Shown: one piece after another, positions 1 through 13,201 of the stretch | Position numbering within the stretch: position 1 is the stretch's first letter | Layout: each line of letters starts with the position of its first letter | NCBI RefSeq assembly: GCF_000008625.1 | Contig: NC_000918.1 | Coordinates: 630,001-662,000 of the forward strand | Direction: 5' to 3' | DNA: 32,000 nt | Origin: Aquifex aeolicus VF5 | GTDB lineage: Bacteria; Aquificota; Aquificia; Aquificales; Aquificaceae | Program-made: the position numbers and the translations under genes | Notes under the pieces: model-generated | What the model saw: the letters and a program-made list of their open reading frames with translations, nothing else | What the model was told of the DNA's origin: nothing | The model's database searches: none

Positions 1-64
1 GAAGGGGAGGTAATTTCTTATAAATGTCCACAAAAACTTAATTATATCTTAAAATTTTTAAGTT

Positions 65-421
65 ATGAAGAGAATGGCGGGAGTCCTCGGAGTAGTTCTC
101 GGAGTCTTTGCCCTTTTCGGAAGCGGGAAGAGCGTAGATTACGGAGACTGGTGTCCCAAAGGAAAAAGCCTCGGGAAAGACATTTACGTTGAAGGTATAG
201 TTGACTACGAAGGTAAGAACTGGTGTAAAGTTGTAGTAAGAACACCTTACTCAGTCACCGAAGTTTATTACACACCCGATGGCTCCGGAGAGAAGGTTGT
301 AAAGTACAAGAACGGAAAAAAGATGGCTGAGATAGAGCTCGTGGAAAATCAGGTTTACCTGAGACTTTACGACAAAAATGGAAAAGTTGTTGAGGAGATA
401 AAGTCGAGGGAAGAGTTTTAG
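65..421 (+). CDS. hypothetical small exported protein (118 aa)
   Basis: ORF with a signal-like hydrophobic N-terminus (MKRMAGVLGVVLGVFALFGSG). No family recognised. Confidence 0.5.
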   Translation: MKRMAGVLGVVLGVFALFGSGKSVDYGDWCPKGKSLGKDIYVEGIVDYEGKNWCKVVVRTPYSVTEVYYTPDGSGEKVVKYKNGKKMAEIELVENQVYLRLYDKNGKVVEEIKSREEF

Positions 422-428
422 AATGTAA

Positions 429-1238
<810 letters not shown>

Positions 1239-1271
1239 ACCTTTGATAAGATAACTCTAAAGGAGGAGATT

Positions 1272-1529
1272 ATGGAAGAACAAAGATTTGTAGCAGTTCC
1301 TTTTGCGCTGGTGGGCTTTTTCGTAACAGACAGGGACGTTGAAGAGAGCATAAGGACGGACATGACTCCCGAGGAACTGGAAAAGCTTCAGGAACTCCTC
1401 GCAAGGTTCTTGTTTAAGGAAGGCGTCAGAGTGGCTATTTACCCTTCGGTGGTACCCCCTGAGCAAGCCTCAGAAGCCGTTAAGGAACTTGAACAATTAA
1501 TCTTCGGTGAGGAAGAGGGAGAAAAATGA
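1272..1529 (+). CDS. hypothetical acidic protein (85 aa)
   Basis: AGGAGG Shine-Dalgarno about 5 nt upstream of the ATG. The stop overlaps the dapB start (ATGA). No family recognised. Confidence 0.5.
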   Translation: MEEQRFVAVPFALVGFFVTDRDVEESIRTDMTPEELEKLQELLARFLFKEGVRVAIYPSVVPPEQASEAVKELEQLIFGEEEGEK

Positions 1530-2323
1530 GCGTCAGGGTGGTAGTTTGTGGTGCCCTCGGTAGGATGGGAAGGAGGATAATAGAACTTGCACTTCAGGAT
1601 AAAGATGTGGAAGTAGTCGGAGGAGTTGAACATCCGGACTGCGTACCTTCAATAGATCTGGGAGAAGCCCTTGGAAAGGAAGAACTGAAAGGAAAACCTC
1701 TAACGAGCAGACTCGAAGAACTCCTTCCCTACACGGATGTGGTTATAGAGTTTTCGGGAAATCCCACCGCGGCTGTAGGGCACGCGGAGTTAACCACCCT
1801 TGAAAAGAAGGCGATAGTTATAGGAACTACTGGATTTACGAAACAGGAAATTGAACAGATAAAGGAGTTTTCAAAAAACGCTCCCGTTTTACTCTCACCC
1901 AATATGAGTTTGGGAGTAAACCTCCTCTTCAAACTCGCAGAAATCGCTGCAAAGGTTTTGAAAGACAAAAACTTTGACGCGGAAATAATGGAAATACACC
2001 ACAGGTTTAAGAAGGACGCTCCGAGCGGAACGGCTATGAAACTCGCCGAAATACTCTCCGAAACTCTTGAGAAGAAGAACTTGGTTTTCGGTAGAAAGGG
2101 AGAAGCTCCCAGAAAAGAGGACGAGATAGGCGTTATGGCTCTAAGGGGTGGAGACGTGGTAGGAGATCACACCGTTTACTTCTTAGGATTTGGTGAGAGG
2201 ATAGAGCTCACCCACAGGGCGACGTCCAGAGATACCTTTGCAAAAGGTGCCGTTGAAGCGGCAAAGTGGATTAAGGGGAAAGAACCCGGATTTTACACGA
2301 TGTTTGACGTGCTCGGGCTCTGA
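1526..2323 (+). CDS. dapB: 4-hydroxy-tetrahydrodipicolinate reductase
   Basis: 265 aa. N-terminal Rossmann loop [11 protein letters not shown] and the [15 protein letters not shown] motif are characteristic of DapB. Confidence 0.9.
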
Positions 2324-3519
2324 GCCCTCTTTATATGCTTCACGTAAACGAGAACACCTTTACTTATGTTGTACAAAAAGTAAAGAGAACTTATAAGGAA
2401 GAAAGTGGGAGGGAGAAAGTAAAGCTTAAAAATCAAAAAGATTAAGGAGAATATAGAAATTATGTGAAGGTAAAAGTTATTCCACATCTTTTTCTGAGGG
2501 ATTACCTCAAACATCGTGGGGGCTTTGGGTACGCCTTTTGTAGAAAGGTGCATCCACACCAGAAATGGGATAATCCTGTACATCATTGCCATAATAACGC
2601 TTAAAACAAACATTCCAAAGGAAATTAGGAAAAGGTAGAAGAGATTTTCTCTGAACGGGAATAAAACACACGAAATTATCAAAAAGGTCATAGATACGTA
2701 CCAGAGACTGATGAGCGGGTCCTTTATCTTTCTCTTTCTCCGGAGGAGTAGTTTAATCGTAAAGAAGGCGTAAATTGTAAAAATCAGAGATATAAAAACG
2801 TCTATTAAGGAAAAGTTAGGTAAAAATACTTTCAAAACCAGTAAAGTAAAAACTGTTTTGGGAAGGTAAGAGGATATAAACTTGGGATAAGGTGGGGTTA
2901 CGAAAAACATTTCTATAACTTGAAAGGAAACGCTTGCAACTAGAGTTGCAGTCCATCCAAAGAGCATAAAACTCATGTGAAGGTCAAATAAATACTTGTG
3001 GTTTAAGTTTATAAAACCGAATAAATTCAGCACTAAGAACGTTGCAAGAATAATGCCTGCTGTGAAGGAGCCAAGGGCAAACCTGAAGCCTCTCGGAGCA
3101 TCTCTTAAGTTCTTTATCCTTAAAAGTTTATATAGCATAAGGGAAGATATGTAGAGGAGGGAAATGAGTAAAAAGAAAAGTCCGAGAAGAGCAACTTTAT
3201 TGAAAGAATAAAGACCGTAAACCAGAAATAAGGTTCCGAGGGTGAGCCCGATGTGTACAAAGGTTGCCTTTTTCAGGGGATCTTCTATTACCGCACCCGC
3301 CACCACGGGAAGCATCTGAAAGAGAGCTCCTATCATTGTGCTCGCCATGAATCCTAGGGTGAACACGTGAACGGAAGGAGTTAAGTAAAACTCCTTGTTA
3401 AAAGCCTGATAAAGCAGAAACAGGAATTCTAAGTTCAGAAAAATCAAAGCAGTTATGAAGAACCTCGCGATTATGCTGAAAGGGGGCAGGTAAAGAAGGT
3501 TTAGTCCTCCCGGGCTCAT
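2293..3519 (-). CDS. polytopic integral membrane protein (408 aa, about 10-12 TM), family uncertain (possibly NnrS-like)
   Basis: Very hydrophobic F/L/I-rich ORF. Its ATG overlaps the upstream hemerythrin stop as ATGA (3516-3519). The 3' end overlaps the convergent dapB by 31 nt. Confidence 0.7.
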
Positions 3520-3950
3520 ACTTCTCCAAGCTCTGCCATTTTACTGACCATCTTTTCCGCGTTGAGGTTCTGATCGGACATGGGGTAGAGTATCTGTTCC
3601 TCCTTCATGTTGTGTTGCTGGATAAGTATCATCAAAGACTCACCGAGGGAGAGGAATTCATCCTTGTTCTTTTCCTCCAGAGCCTTTTCCATCCTCTCGA
3701 GCAGTTCCCTTGCCTGATCGTGCTCCATCCTCATTACCTGAGTTGGGCCCATCACTATACCTGTTCTTTGTTCAAACTCGGGAAATAAAACTTCCTCTTC
3801 CTTTTTAAAGTGAAGTAAGGTTTTTTCCTTGAACTCTTTAAAGAGTTCCTTTGCCTTTTCCCAGTTTCCTTCGTTTACAGCCTTTTCCACTTCCGCGTAA
3901 ATCTGGTCGCACTTCCTGTGTTCTTCCGTGAGGTACTGAGTTATACTCAT
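3516..3950 (-). CDS. hemerythrin HHE cation-binding domain protein
   Basis: Repeated H/E metal-ligand motifs ([42 protein letters not shown]). Start chosen at the MSITQYL ATG, preceded by GGAGGTG (complement of 3955-3961). The ORF track offers an upstream start at 3977. Confidence 0.8.
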
Positions 3951-4027
3951 TTTGCACCTCCGTGAGTAAGTATTCATTTATTAATATACATCTAAAAAGA
4001 AGATTTAAAAGGTTAGAATATTTATCC

Positions 4028-4441
4028 ATGGAAAAGACGGTAACCTTTCTACTCAATCCTCTCAAAAACAACAAGGTATGGGCTGTACTGATGCCGGACG
4101 GTGAGCTAATGGACGATATAGTTTCGGTAAAAAGGGCTCAAACGTGTATGGAAGAAAACGAACAGATCTGGGTAAACCCCTTCGGCGGTGCCTACATGTG
4201 GGACACGAAAGTGAGCGAACCCTACGAAGCCGAGTTCGTTTTATTCAAAAAAGAAGCCGTTCAATACATGTGCATCTTCAACTTGCACGAGGCTGACCTT
4301 CAGTACATAGATTACTCACCTATAAGCGGTGAACTTCTGTTTGATGAGGAAGAGTTAAAGAAGAAGTTGGACGAGAAAACGCTTAATGAGTTCAAGATAT
4401 TTATGAACGAACTCTGGGGCTACATAAAGGAAGTCTCTTAA
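4028..4441 (+). CDS. hypothetical protein (138 aa)
   Basis: Open frame starting at the MEKTVTF ATG. Divergent from the hemerythrin gene, and its convergent end overlaps the ferredoxin gene by 4 nt. No family recognised. Confidence 0.45.
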   Translation: MEKTVTFLLNPLKNNKVWAVLMPDGELMDDIVSVKRAQTCMEENEQIWVNPFGGAYMWDTKVSEPYEAEFVLFKKEAVQYMCIFNLHEADLQYIDYSPISGELLFDEEELKKKLDEKTLNEFKIFMNELWGYIKEVS

Positions 4442-4734
4442 TCCTCACTCTCTATCACTATTTCGTCGCAGTCTTCTTTTTCTATTACCAACTGACAGGT
4501 GAGTCTCTGGTCTTCGTCTACCGCCCCCACTCTCCAGAGGGTTTCCTCTTCTTCCTCCGAAGGCTCGTTTAAACACTCCATTCCCTTTATAACCCTTGCA
4601 ACGCAAACACCGCACTGACCGTCCGTACAACCGAACTCTATGCCTGCCTTTTCAATTTCGTGACTGAGCTCACCGAACCTCACACCTTTGGGTATGTCAA
4701 ACTCTTTTCCGTTGATAATTACCTTCATACTCAA
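4438..4734 (-). CDS. 2Fe-2S ferredoxin-like protein (98 aa)
   Basis: Cys pattern CTDGQCGVC ... C (C-x4-C-x2-C plus a distal Cys in RLTCQL) on a small acidic beta-grasp-sized protein. Confidence 0.75.
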   Translation of the reverse strand: MSMKVIINGKEFDIPKGVRFGELSHEIEKAGIEFGCTDGQCGVCVARVIKGMECLNEPSEEEEETLWRVGAVDEDQRLTCQLVIEKEDCDEIVIESED

Positions 4735-4778
4735 GTATTCTAAGCAAAAGCTTTATAACGTTCACTGATTTTCGTTCA

Positions 4779-6164
4779 TCATTCTAGCAGGGCTTCCACG
4801 TAGGCGTCAGCGTCAAAGGGCTGAAGATCGTCAATCCCCTCACCAACACCGACGAGCTTTATTGGGATTTTGAGCTCCCTGCAAATTGCCACTACAGCAC
4901 CGCCTTTTGCACTCCCGTCTAGCTTGGTGACCACTATTCCCGTTATGTCAACAGCTTCCTTAAAGACTTTCGCCTGTTGAATTGCGTTCTGTCCCGTAGT
5001 TGCGTCTATAACGAGCAGGGTCTCGGAAGGCTCCTCTTTGTCAAACTTCTGTATTACTTTCTTTATCTTCCTGAGTTCGTTAATTAAAGGCTCTTTTGTG
5101 TGGAGTCTTCCCGCGGTGTCCACGAGAACCACCTCGTAGCCTTCTTCTTTCGCCTTTTTCATACCTTCGTAAACCACAGCTCCAGGATCGGAACCCTCTT
5201 CCTTCTTTACTATGTCCACTCCTGCCCTCTTCGCCCAGACTTCTAGCTGTTCTATAGCCGCCGCCCTGAAGGTGTCTCCCGCAACGAGGAGGACTTTTTT
5301 ACCTTTCTGTTTTAATTGATGGGCAAGTTTCCCTATTGTCGTGGTTTTACCCGAGCCGTTCACTCCCACGAAGAGTAAAACCGCCCCTACCTTTTCGGGT
5401 ATTTTTAACTCTCCCTGACAGTTTTTCAGGAGTTCCTTTAACTCCTTTTTGAGGAGCTCTTTTATCTTTTCCCCTTCTTTTATATTCTTCCTTATGGCTT
5501 CCTTTCTGAGTTTTTCTGTTAATTCTACCGCTGTTTTCACGCCTACGTCCGCTTTGACGAGCATTTCTTCAAGCTCTTCAAAGAACTCCTCGTCTACTTT
5601 CCTTCCCCTGAAGAGAACTCCAAACTCTACCGCTTCCTTCGTCTTCTGGAGACCTCTCCTTAACTTGTCAAGTATTGATTCCTTCTTTTCTTCTATGAGA
5701 CCGAGTTCCTTTTTAAGCTGTGTTATGAAGTTTTCAAGTTCCTCCTTTTTCTCGTAGGGAACTAGCTTTTCCGCTCTCTGGGCGTACTCAAGGGCTTTAT
5801 CTGGTTTTTCTAGCTGGTGGTAAATCTTTGCCACGTTGTAAAGACTCTCAAAGTCTCCAACCTTTAAAAATTCTTCTATCGCCTTCTGGTACTCACCTAC
5901 CGCTTGATAAACCTTTGCCCTTTCCTTTGCCTTTCCAATTTTGTCTCCGTACTTTTTGAGAAGGGGGTAAGCCTGTACGAGTTTCCCCTCCTGAACGTAA
6001 AGTTCAAAGAGAAGTTCCGCAAGGTCCTCTCTCTGGGAAGCGTACTTCTTTAAAATCTTCTCCGCTTTTTCTTTCTTTCCCTGTTTTATGAGTTCGAGGA
6101 TTGCGTTTTTATCCCCTTTTTCCGCCTTTTTCTCTACGTCTGACTTTCTCCAGAAGAAAACCAT
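4779..6164 (-). CDS. ftsY: signal recognition particle receptor FtsY with an N-terminal helical-repeat extension
   Basis: C-terminal NG domain with GVNGSGKTTTIGKLA, DTAGR and TKLDGSAKGG GTPase motifs. About 160 aa of N-terminal TPR-like helical repeats. Confidence 0.9.
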   Translation of the reverse strand: MVFFWRKSDVEKKAEKGDKNAILELIKQGKKEKAEKILKKYASQREDLAELLFELYVQEGKLVQAYPLLKKYGDKIGKAKERAKVYQAVGEYQKAIEEFLKVGDFESLYNVAKIYHQLEKPDKALEYAQRAEKLVPYEKKEELENFITQLKKELGLIEEKKESILDKLRRGLQKTKEAVEFGVLFRGRKVDEEFFEELEEMLVKADVGVKTAVELTEKLRKEAIRKNIKEGEKIKELLKKELKELLKNCQGELKIPEKVGAVLLFVGVNGSGKTTTIGKLAHQLKQKGKKVLLVAGDTFRAAAIEQLEVWAKRAGVDIVKKEEGSDPGAVVYEGMKKAKEEGYEVVLVDTAGRLHTKEPLINELRKIKKVIQKFDKEEPSETLLVIDATTGQNAIQQAKVFKEAVDITGIVVTKLDGSAKGGAVVAICRELKIPIKLVGVGEGIDDLQPFDADAYVEALLE

Positions 6165-6197
6165 ACTGTATTAATTTAAACAAAGATTTTAAGTCGC

Positions 6198-7814
6198 TTA
6201 ACGCCTTTCTCTTTTCAAGTGGTAGTAGGGCTCTATAGTTTGTATCCTCGGGTCCTCCACAGCCTTTCCGAAGGTAAAGTGGTACAGATCCTGAAAGGTT
6301 TTATCGCTTATTCCAAGAACTTCGTGCATTGCGTCGTCAAAAAAGCACCCTATTCCCGTGCCGTTGAGGTTGTGAGCAGTAGCCTCGAGATACAAAACCT
6401 GACCTATTAAGCCTGCCTCCCAGTGTAAATTCCTGTAAAACCAAGGCTCTTCTCTTAAAACTGGCTCAAACAAAGATATCATCCCGAGGGAAAAAGCACT
6501 GTCGCTCGCTATGTCCTGAGCACACGCGACAAAGCCCGCAACTTCCCTGAAATCTCCCGTCTTTAGCAGGTACAGGGGGAAGTCCTCAAAAACCTTTTCC
6601 CAGAGGAATTCGGAAGAGGTTATCTCTTTTAAATCTTTTAAAAGCTCTTCATTTCTCACAAAGCAGTAAAGTCCCTTCGGGAGGTTCTCAACCCTGTTGA
6701 CGAATATAAAGAGATTCACAAAAGGAAGTCCTATTTCAACGTCAAAGGGGGAGTAATTGTCCCTTGGCAAGGTTTTATCAAGGGCGTGTATAAACAGTTC
6801 CCTCAATATGTAAGTCTTTCCGTCGTAAGCCATACCGCTCCTTCTCTTTCTAATGACCTCTTCTGCGGACATGTATGAGGGAACCAGGTTCAGGATGGGA
6901 GGGTTTCCGTAGATTACCCTGAACTCCTCCGTTCTCGGTTTTTCGGTCTCCTTTATAGCCCTGTAAATTATCTCCCAGATGACCCTTTCCTTACTCAGAA
7001 CGTTAGGCCTTCCGTAGAAGTTCAGCTTCTTAAACTCGTTGATTATGCTTTCGGGGATTGTCCTCGGAACGTCCTGTACTTCCTTCGGGAATACAAATAA
7101 GGCAAGTTCTGGAAACTCCTCTTCCCCTTCTACCCACTGAACCCTATCAAATCCCAGCAGAATTTCCAAATCTTTATCCGAGAGGGCGTTTAAGTATTTA
7201 ACTTTCCAACCTTTTAAGTTGGCAGAAAACCTCACGCTACCTATTGCGTGCCCCGTGTCAAGGAGGCAGTACCTGTATGCCCTCTCCCCGTACTTCCAGG
7301 ATTCCCTCCAGGGGATACTCGTGAGGATTAATATAAAACCTTCTGTCCCGAAAAAGTCCTTAATTTTTTGGGAAAGCTCGTAAGGGATATCCGCCCTCTT
7401 CTCAAGGGCGTGAAGGAAAGGATTGTAGTGAAAAACTCCCTGAAGACCTCCGAGGTGAGGTATTATTACGTAGCACTCCGTGGGGTGAAGGTTTCCGCTA
7501 GAGGGGTTCATCCTCACTGACCAGCGAGAGCCCGGTATAGCCTTCCAGGCGGAAAGCCCGAGGGCAAGCTCTAAAAACTTACTCAAGCTCTTTACGTTAA
7601 ACTCTTCCGTGTTTACGAGTCCGTAGTCGTAGAGAGCCTCATACGGGTGGGAAGGATCCTTAAGGAGCGGGAGATCTAGTCTTTCCGTCCCCTCCCAGAA
7701 CCTGAAGGGATTGGGCTGATTTTCCCAGTCCAGATATCCCAGCGAGCGTGCAAACCTGTAAGGGTAGTGCTTTGTCTCCGAGTGATAAAAGAGAACCTCC
7801 CTGAAGTCTCCCAC
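6198..7814 (-). CDS. tandem nitroreductase-fold protein, SagB/ThcOx-type dehydrogenase family (538 aa)
   Basis: N-terminal FYHSETKH, the RMNPSSGNLHPTE motif, and a second nitroreductase-like half (RKRRSG...GTGIGCFFDD). GTG start at 7814. Confidence 0.75.
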   Translation of the reverse strand: MGDFREVLFYHSETKHYPYRFARSLGYLDWENQPNPFRFWEGTERLDLPLLKDPSHPYEALYDYGLVNTEEFNVKSLSKFLELALGLSAWKAIPGSRWSVRMNPSSGNLHPTECYVIIPHLGGLQGVFHYNPFLHALEKRADIPYELSQKIKDFFGTEGFILILTSIPWRESWKYGERAYRYCLLDTGHAIGSVRFSANLKGWKVKYLNALSDKDLEILLGFDRVQWVEGEEEFPELALFVFPKEVQDVPRTIPESIINEFKKLNFYGRPNVLSKERVIWEIIYRAIKETEKPRTEEFRVIYGNPPILNLVPSYMSAEEVIRKRRSGMAYDGKTYILRELFIHALDKTLPRDNYSPFDVEIGLPFVNLFIFVNRVENLPKGLYCFVRNEELLKDLKEITSSEFLWEKVFEDFPLYLLKTGDFREVAGFVACAQDIASDSAFSLGMISLFEPVLREEPWFYRNLHWEAGLIGQVLYLEATAHNLNGTGIGCFFDDAMHEVLGISDKTFQDLYHFTFGKAVEDPRIQTIEPYYHLKRERR

Positions 7815-7840
7815 ACCTACAAGTATAAAATAAAGTTCCT

Positions 7841-11095
<3,255 letters not shown>

Positions 11096-11140
11096 TTTCT
11101 TAATAATACTTGAAGGTAGGAACGGTTAAACTAATTTTCC

Positions 11141-11731
11141 ATGGAATTCGTAGTAAAGGAAACGGACGGAGATACTCTATACAAGTTAGTACTCGGACTA
11201 GTTGTTCCAAGACCTATAGGATGGGTTTCCACGATCAGCAAGGACGGAATACTGAATATAGCTCCTTTTAGTTTCTTCAACGTCGTAAACGACGAACCGC
11301 CCGTTTTAATGATATCGGTGAGCAACAGGGACGACAACACTTTAAAAGACACAGTAAAGAACGTACTTGACACAAAAGAATTCGTTGTAAACATGGTGAG
11401 CGAAGAAGTATTTGAGAAAATGCTGATCACGGGAGAGGAATTTCCGCCCGAAGTAAACGAGTTTGAAAAGGCAGGCTTAACACCAGAAACTTCAAAATTC
11501 GTAAAAGCTCCAAGAATTAAAGAAGCAAAAGTCTCTTTTGAGTGCAAACTTTATAAGTACGTCCCCGTTTACGATATGCACGTGATATTTGGGGAAGCTC
11601 TTTTAATAAAAGTAGAAGATACAATTCTCGACGAAAACTTAAACGTCAATTATGAAAAGTACAGACCAATAGGAAGGCTCGGGGGGAAGTACTATGTTAA
11701 AGCTTTTGGAGAATGTAAGTTGAAGGTATAA
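11141..11731 (+). CDS. flavin reductase-like FMN-binding domain protein (flavoredoxin-like)
   Basis: 196 aa. VVPRPIGWVSTISKDGILNIAPFSFFN is the typical flavin-reductase split-barrel N-terminal motif. Confidence 0.8.
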   Translation: MEFVVKETDGDTLYKLVLGLVVPRPIGWVSTISKDGILNIAPFSFFNVVNDEPPVLMISVSNRDDNTLKDTVKNVLDTKEFVVNMVSEEVFEKMLITGEEFPPEVNEFEKAGLTPETSKFVKAPRIKEAKVSFECKLYKYVPVYDMHVIFGEALLIKVEDTILDENLNVNYEKYRPIGRLGGKYYVKAFGECKLKV

Positions 11732-11742
11732 TAAGCCGTATT

Positions 11743-12969
11743 ATGGCAGCGGCACCGGTAGAGGGAAATGGGGCAGGATTAGACGTCCATACTTTATTTT
11801 TGCACTTAGCTATACTCCTATTTTCCGCAAAGCTTTTCGGTTCGATATTCAGGAAACTAGGTATCCCTCCCGTCCTCGGAGAGGTCACAGCGGGTGTAAT
11901 TCTCGGTCAGAGCGTACTTGGGTTAATTCCGCTCTCGGAAGCAATAAAGGTCCTTGCGGAACTCGGTGTAATACTCCTACTCTTCGAAGTAGGTCTTGAA
12001 GCCGACATAAATATGTTAATGAGAGTGGGCCTTTGGTCCACTTTAGTCGCAATAGTTGGAGCAGCACTTCCCTTTGCGGGAGGGTTTATAGTTTCCTACT
12101 ACTTCTTCGGTCTTGATCTCGTGGCTTCACTCTTTATGGGAGGGGCACTTACCGCAACGAGCATAGGTATAACGGTAAGGGTTTTAACCGATTTGAATAA
12201 ACACAAAGAACGTTTTGCTCAGATAGTCCTCGGTGCGGCAGTTCTGGACGATATTATGGGTGTTATAATCCTCGCAGCTTTGTACGAATTTTCAAAAACG
12301 AAGGCAGTTCATTTTGACACCACGGTTAATCTGATAATACACATCTTGATGTTCTTCCTTATAGCTCCCTTCGTTGCAAACGTCTTAGCAAAACTCCTTT
12401 CCATAGCTGCGAGGAAGACTCAGGACATGGATTTAATCCCTGCTTCTATAATGGCTCTTATACTACTCGCAGCTTATTCAGCTCATAAATTCGGTTCTCC
12501 GAGTATTCTCGGTTCTTTTACCGCAGGACTTGCCCTCTCGAGGAGATTCGTAATCCCCTTTGCCGCTATGCTCCGTTTGGACGAAAAATTGCTTCACAAG
12601 GTTGAGGAGTCAATAACTCCCCTTGTATGGGTAATGGCTCCTATATTCTTCGTTTCCGTAGGACTTGCACTTAACTTAAAAGCTATAGACTTTTCCTCTC
12701 CGGAGTTCTGGACCTTTTCTTCAGCACTTATAGTAGTAGCGATAATAGGAAAAGTTCTGGCGGGTTTCGTAGCTCCGGGTTCATTGAAGGAAAAGGCAAG
12801 CATAGGCTTTTCCATGCTCCCCCGTGGAGAAGTGGGATTGATATTTGCCGAGTTCGGAAGGAGCTTTAAAGCTATAAACGAGGTAGAGTACGCAGTTATC
12901 GTTTTCGTCGTGGCTGTTACAACGTTAATAGCCCCGATAGTTCTTAAACTTCTTTTAAAAGAAGAATAG
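11743..12969 (+). CDS. cation:proton antiporter (CPA2, NapA/Kef-like membrane domain)
   Basis: 408 aa, multi-TM. KLGIPPVLGEVTAGVILG and AAVLDDIMGVIILA motifs are typical of Na+(K+)/H+ exchangers. Confidence 0.85.
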   Translation: MAAAPVEGNGAGLDVHTLFLHLAILLFSAKLFGSIFRKLGIPPVLGEVTAGVILGQSVLGLIPLSEAIKVLAELGVILLLFEVGLEADINMLMRVGLWSTLVAIVGAALPFAGGFIVSYYFFGLDLVASLFMGGALTATSIGITVRVLTDLNKHKERFAQIVLGAAVLDDIMGVIILAALYEFSKTKAVHFDTTVNLIIHILMFFLIAPFVANVLAKLLSIAARKTQDMDLIPASIMALILLAAYSAHKFGSPSILGSFTAGLALSRRFVIPFAAMLRLDEKLLHKVEESITPLVWVMAPIFFVSVGLALNLKAIDFSSPEFWTFSSALIVVAIIGKVLAGFVAPGSLKEKASIGFSMLPRGEVGLIFAEFGRSFKAINEVEYAVIVFVVAVTTLIAPIVLKLLLKEE

Positions 12970-12974
12970 ATGGA

Positions 12975-13181
12975 ATGGGGGCATGTTTTAACAATAATTT
13001 TTGGCACAGCAGGGTTTATAGGCTCAGTAAAAGGATAGACAGCGTTGAGAAAAGGATAGACGATTTAAAAGATGGCATAAAAGAAATAAGACAGGAATTA
13101 AAAGAAATCGCGGGTGAAGTTAAAGAACTAAAAGAACTCCTCTACAAGGTTCTGGAGGCGGAAGCTAAAAAAGAAGTTTAA
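12975..13181 (+). CDS. small coiled-coil protein (68 aa). The N-terminus is doubtful; see the frame finding.
   Basis: Heptad-like K/E-rich segment [37 protein letters not shown]. An overlapping frame encodes a TM peptide from 12970. Confidence 0.4.
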   Translation: MGACFNNNFWHSRVYRLSKRIDSVEKRIDDLKDGIKEIRQELKEIAGEVKELKELLYKVLEAEAKKEV

Positions 13182-13201
13182 AAGTTCTATCTTTAATCTT
13201 T

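Noticed and set aside
3962-4027. Upstream extension of the 138-aa ORF (track start at 3962) and the 3838-4074 minus-strand ORF
   Set aside because: Both overlap the hemerythrin start and SD region and consist of AT-rich promoter-like sequence. The internal ATG at 4028 is the more plausible start.
11131-11547. Long antisense ORFs opposite well-supported genes. Examples on the minus strand are 11131-11547, 9762-10214, 12594-13007, 16151-16663, 16468-16839, 16843-17133, 17718-18116, 22471-22848, 23130-23492, 26299-26706 and 27111-27485. On the plus strand, 5449-5757 is another.
   Set aside because: Each lies entirely inside a gene with clear family motifs on the other strand. Their translations are low-complexity S/F/L/P-rich, as expected for the complement of K/E-rich coding sequence. 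They are shadow ORFs.
13182-13201. preQ1 riboswitch upstream of queF
   Set aside because: Only 20 nt separate queF from the preceding ORF, and there is no aptamer-sized structured element.
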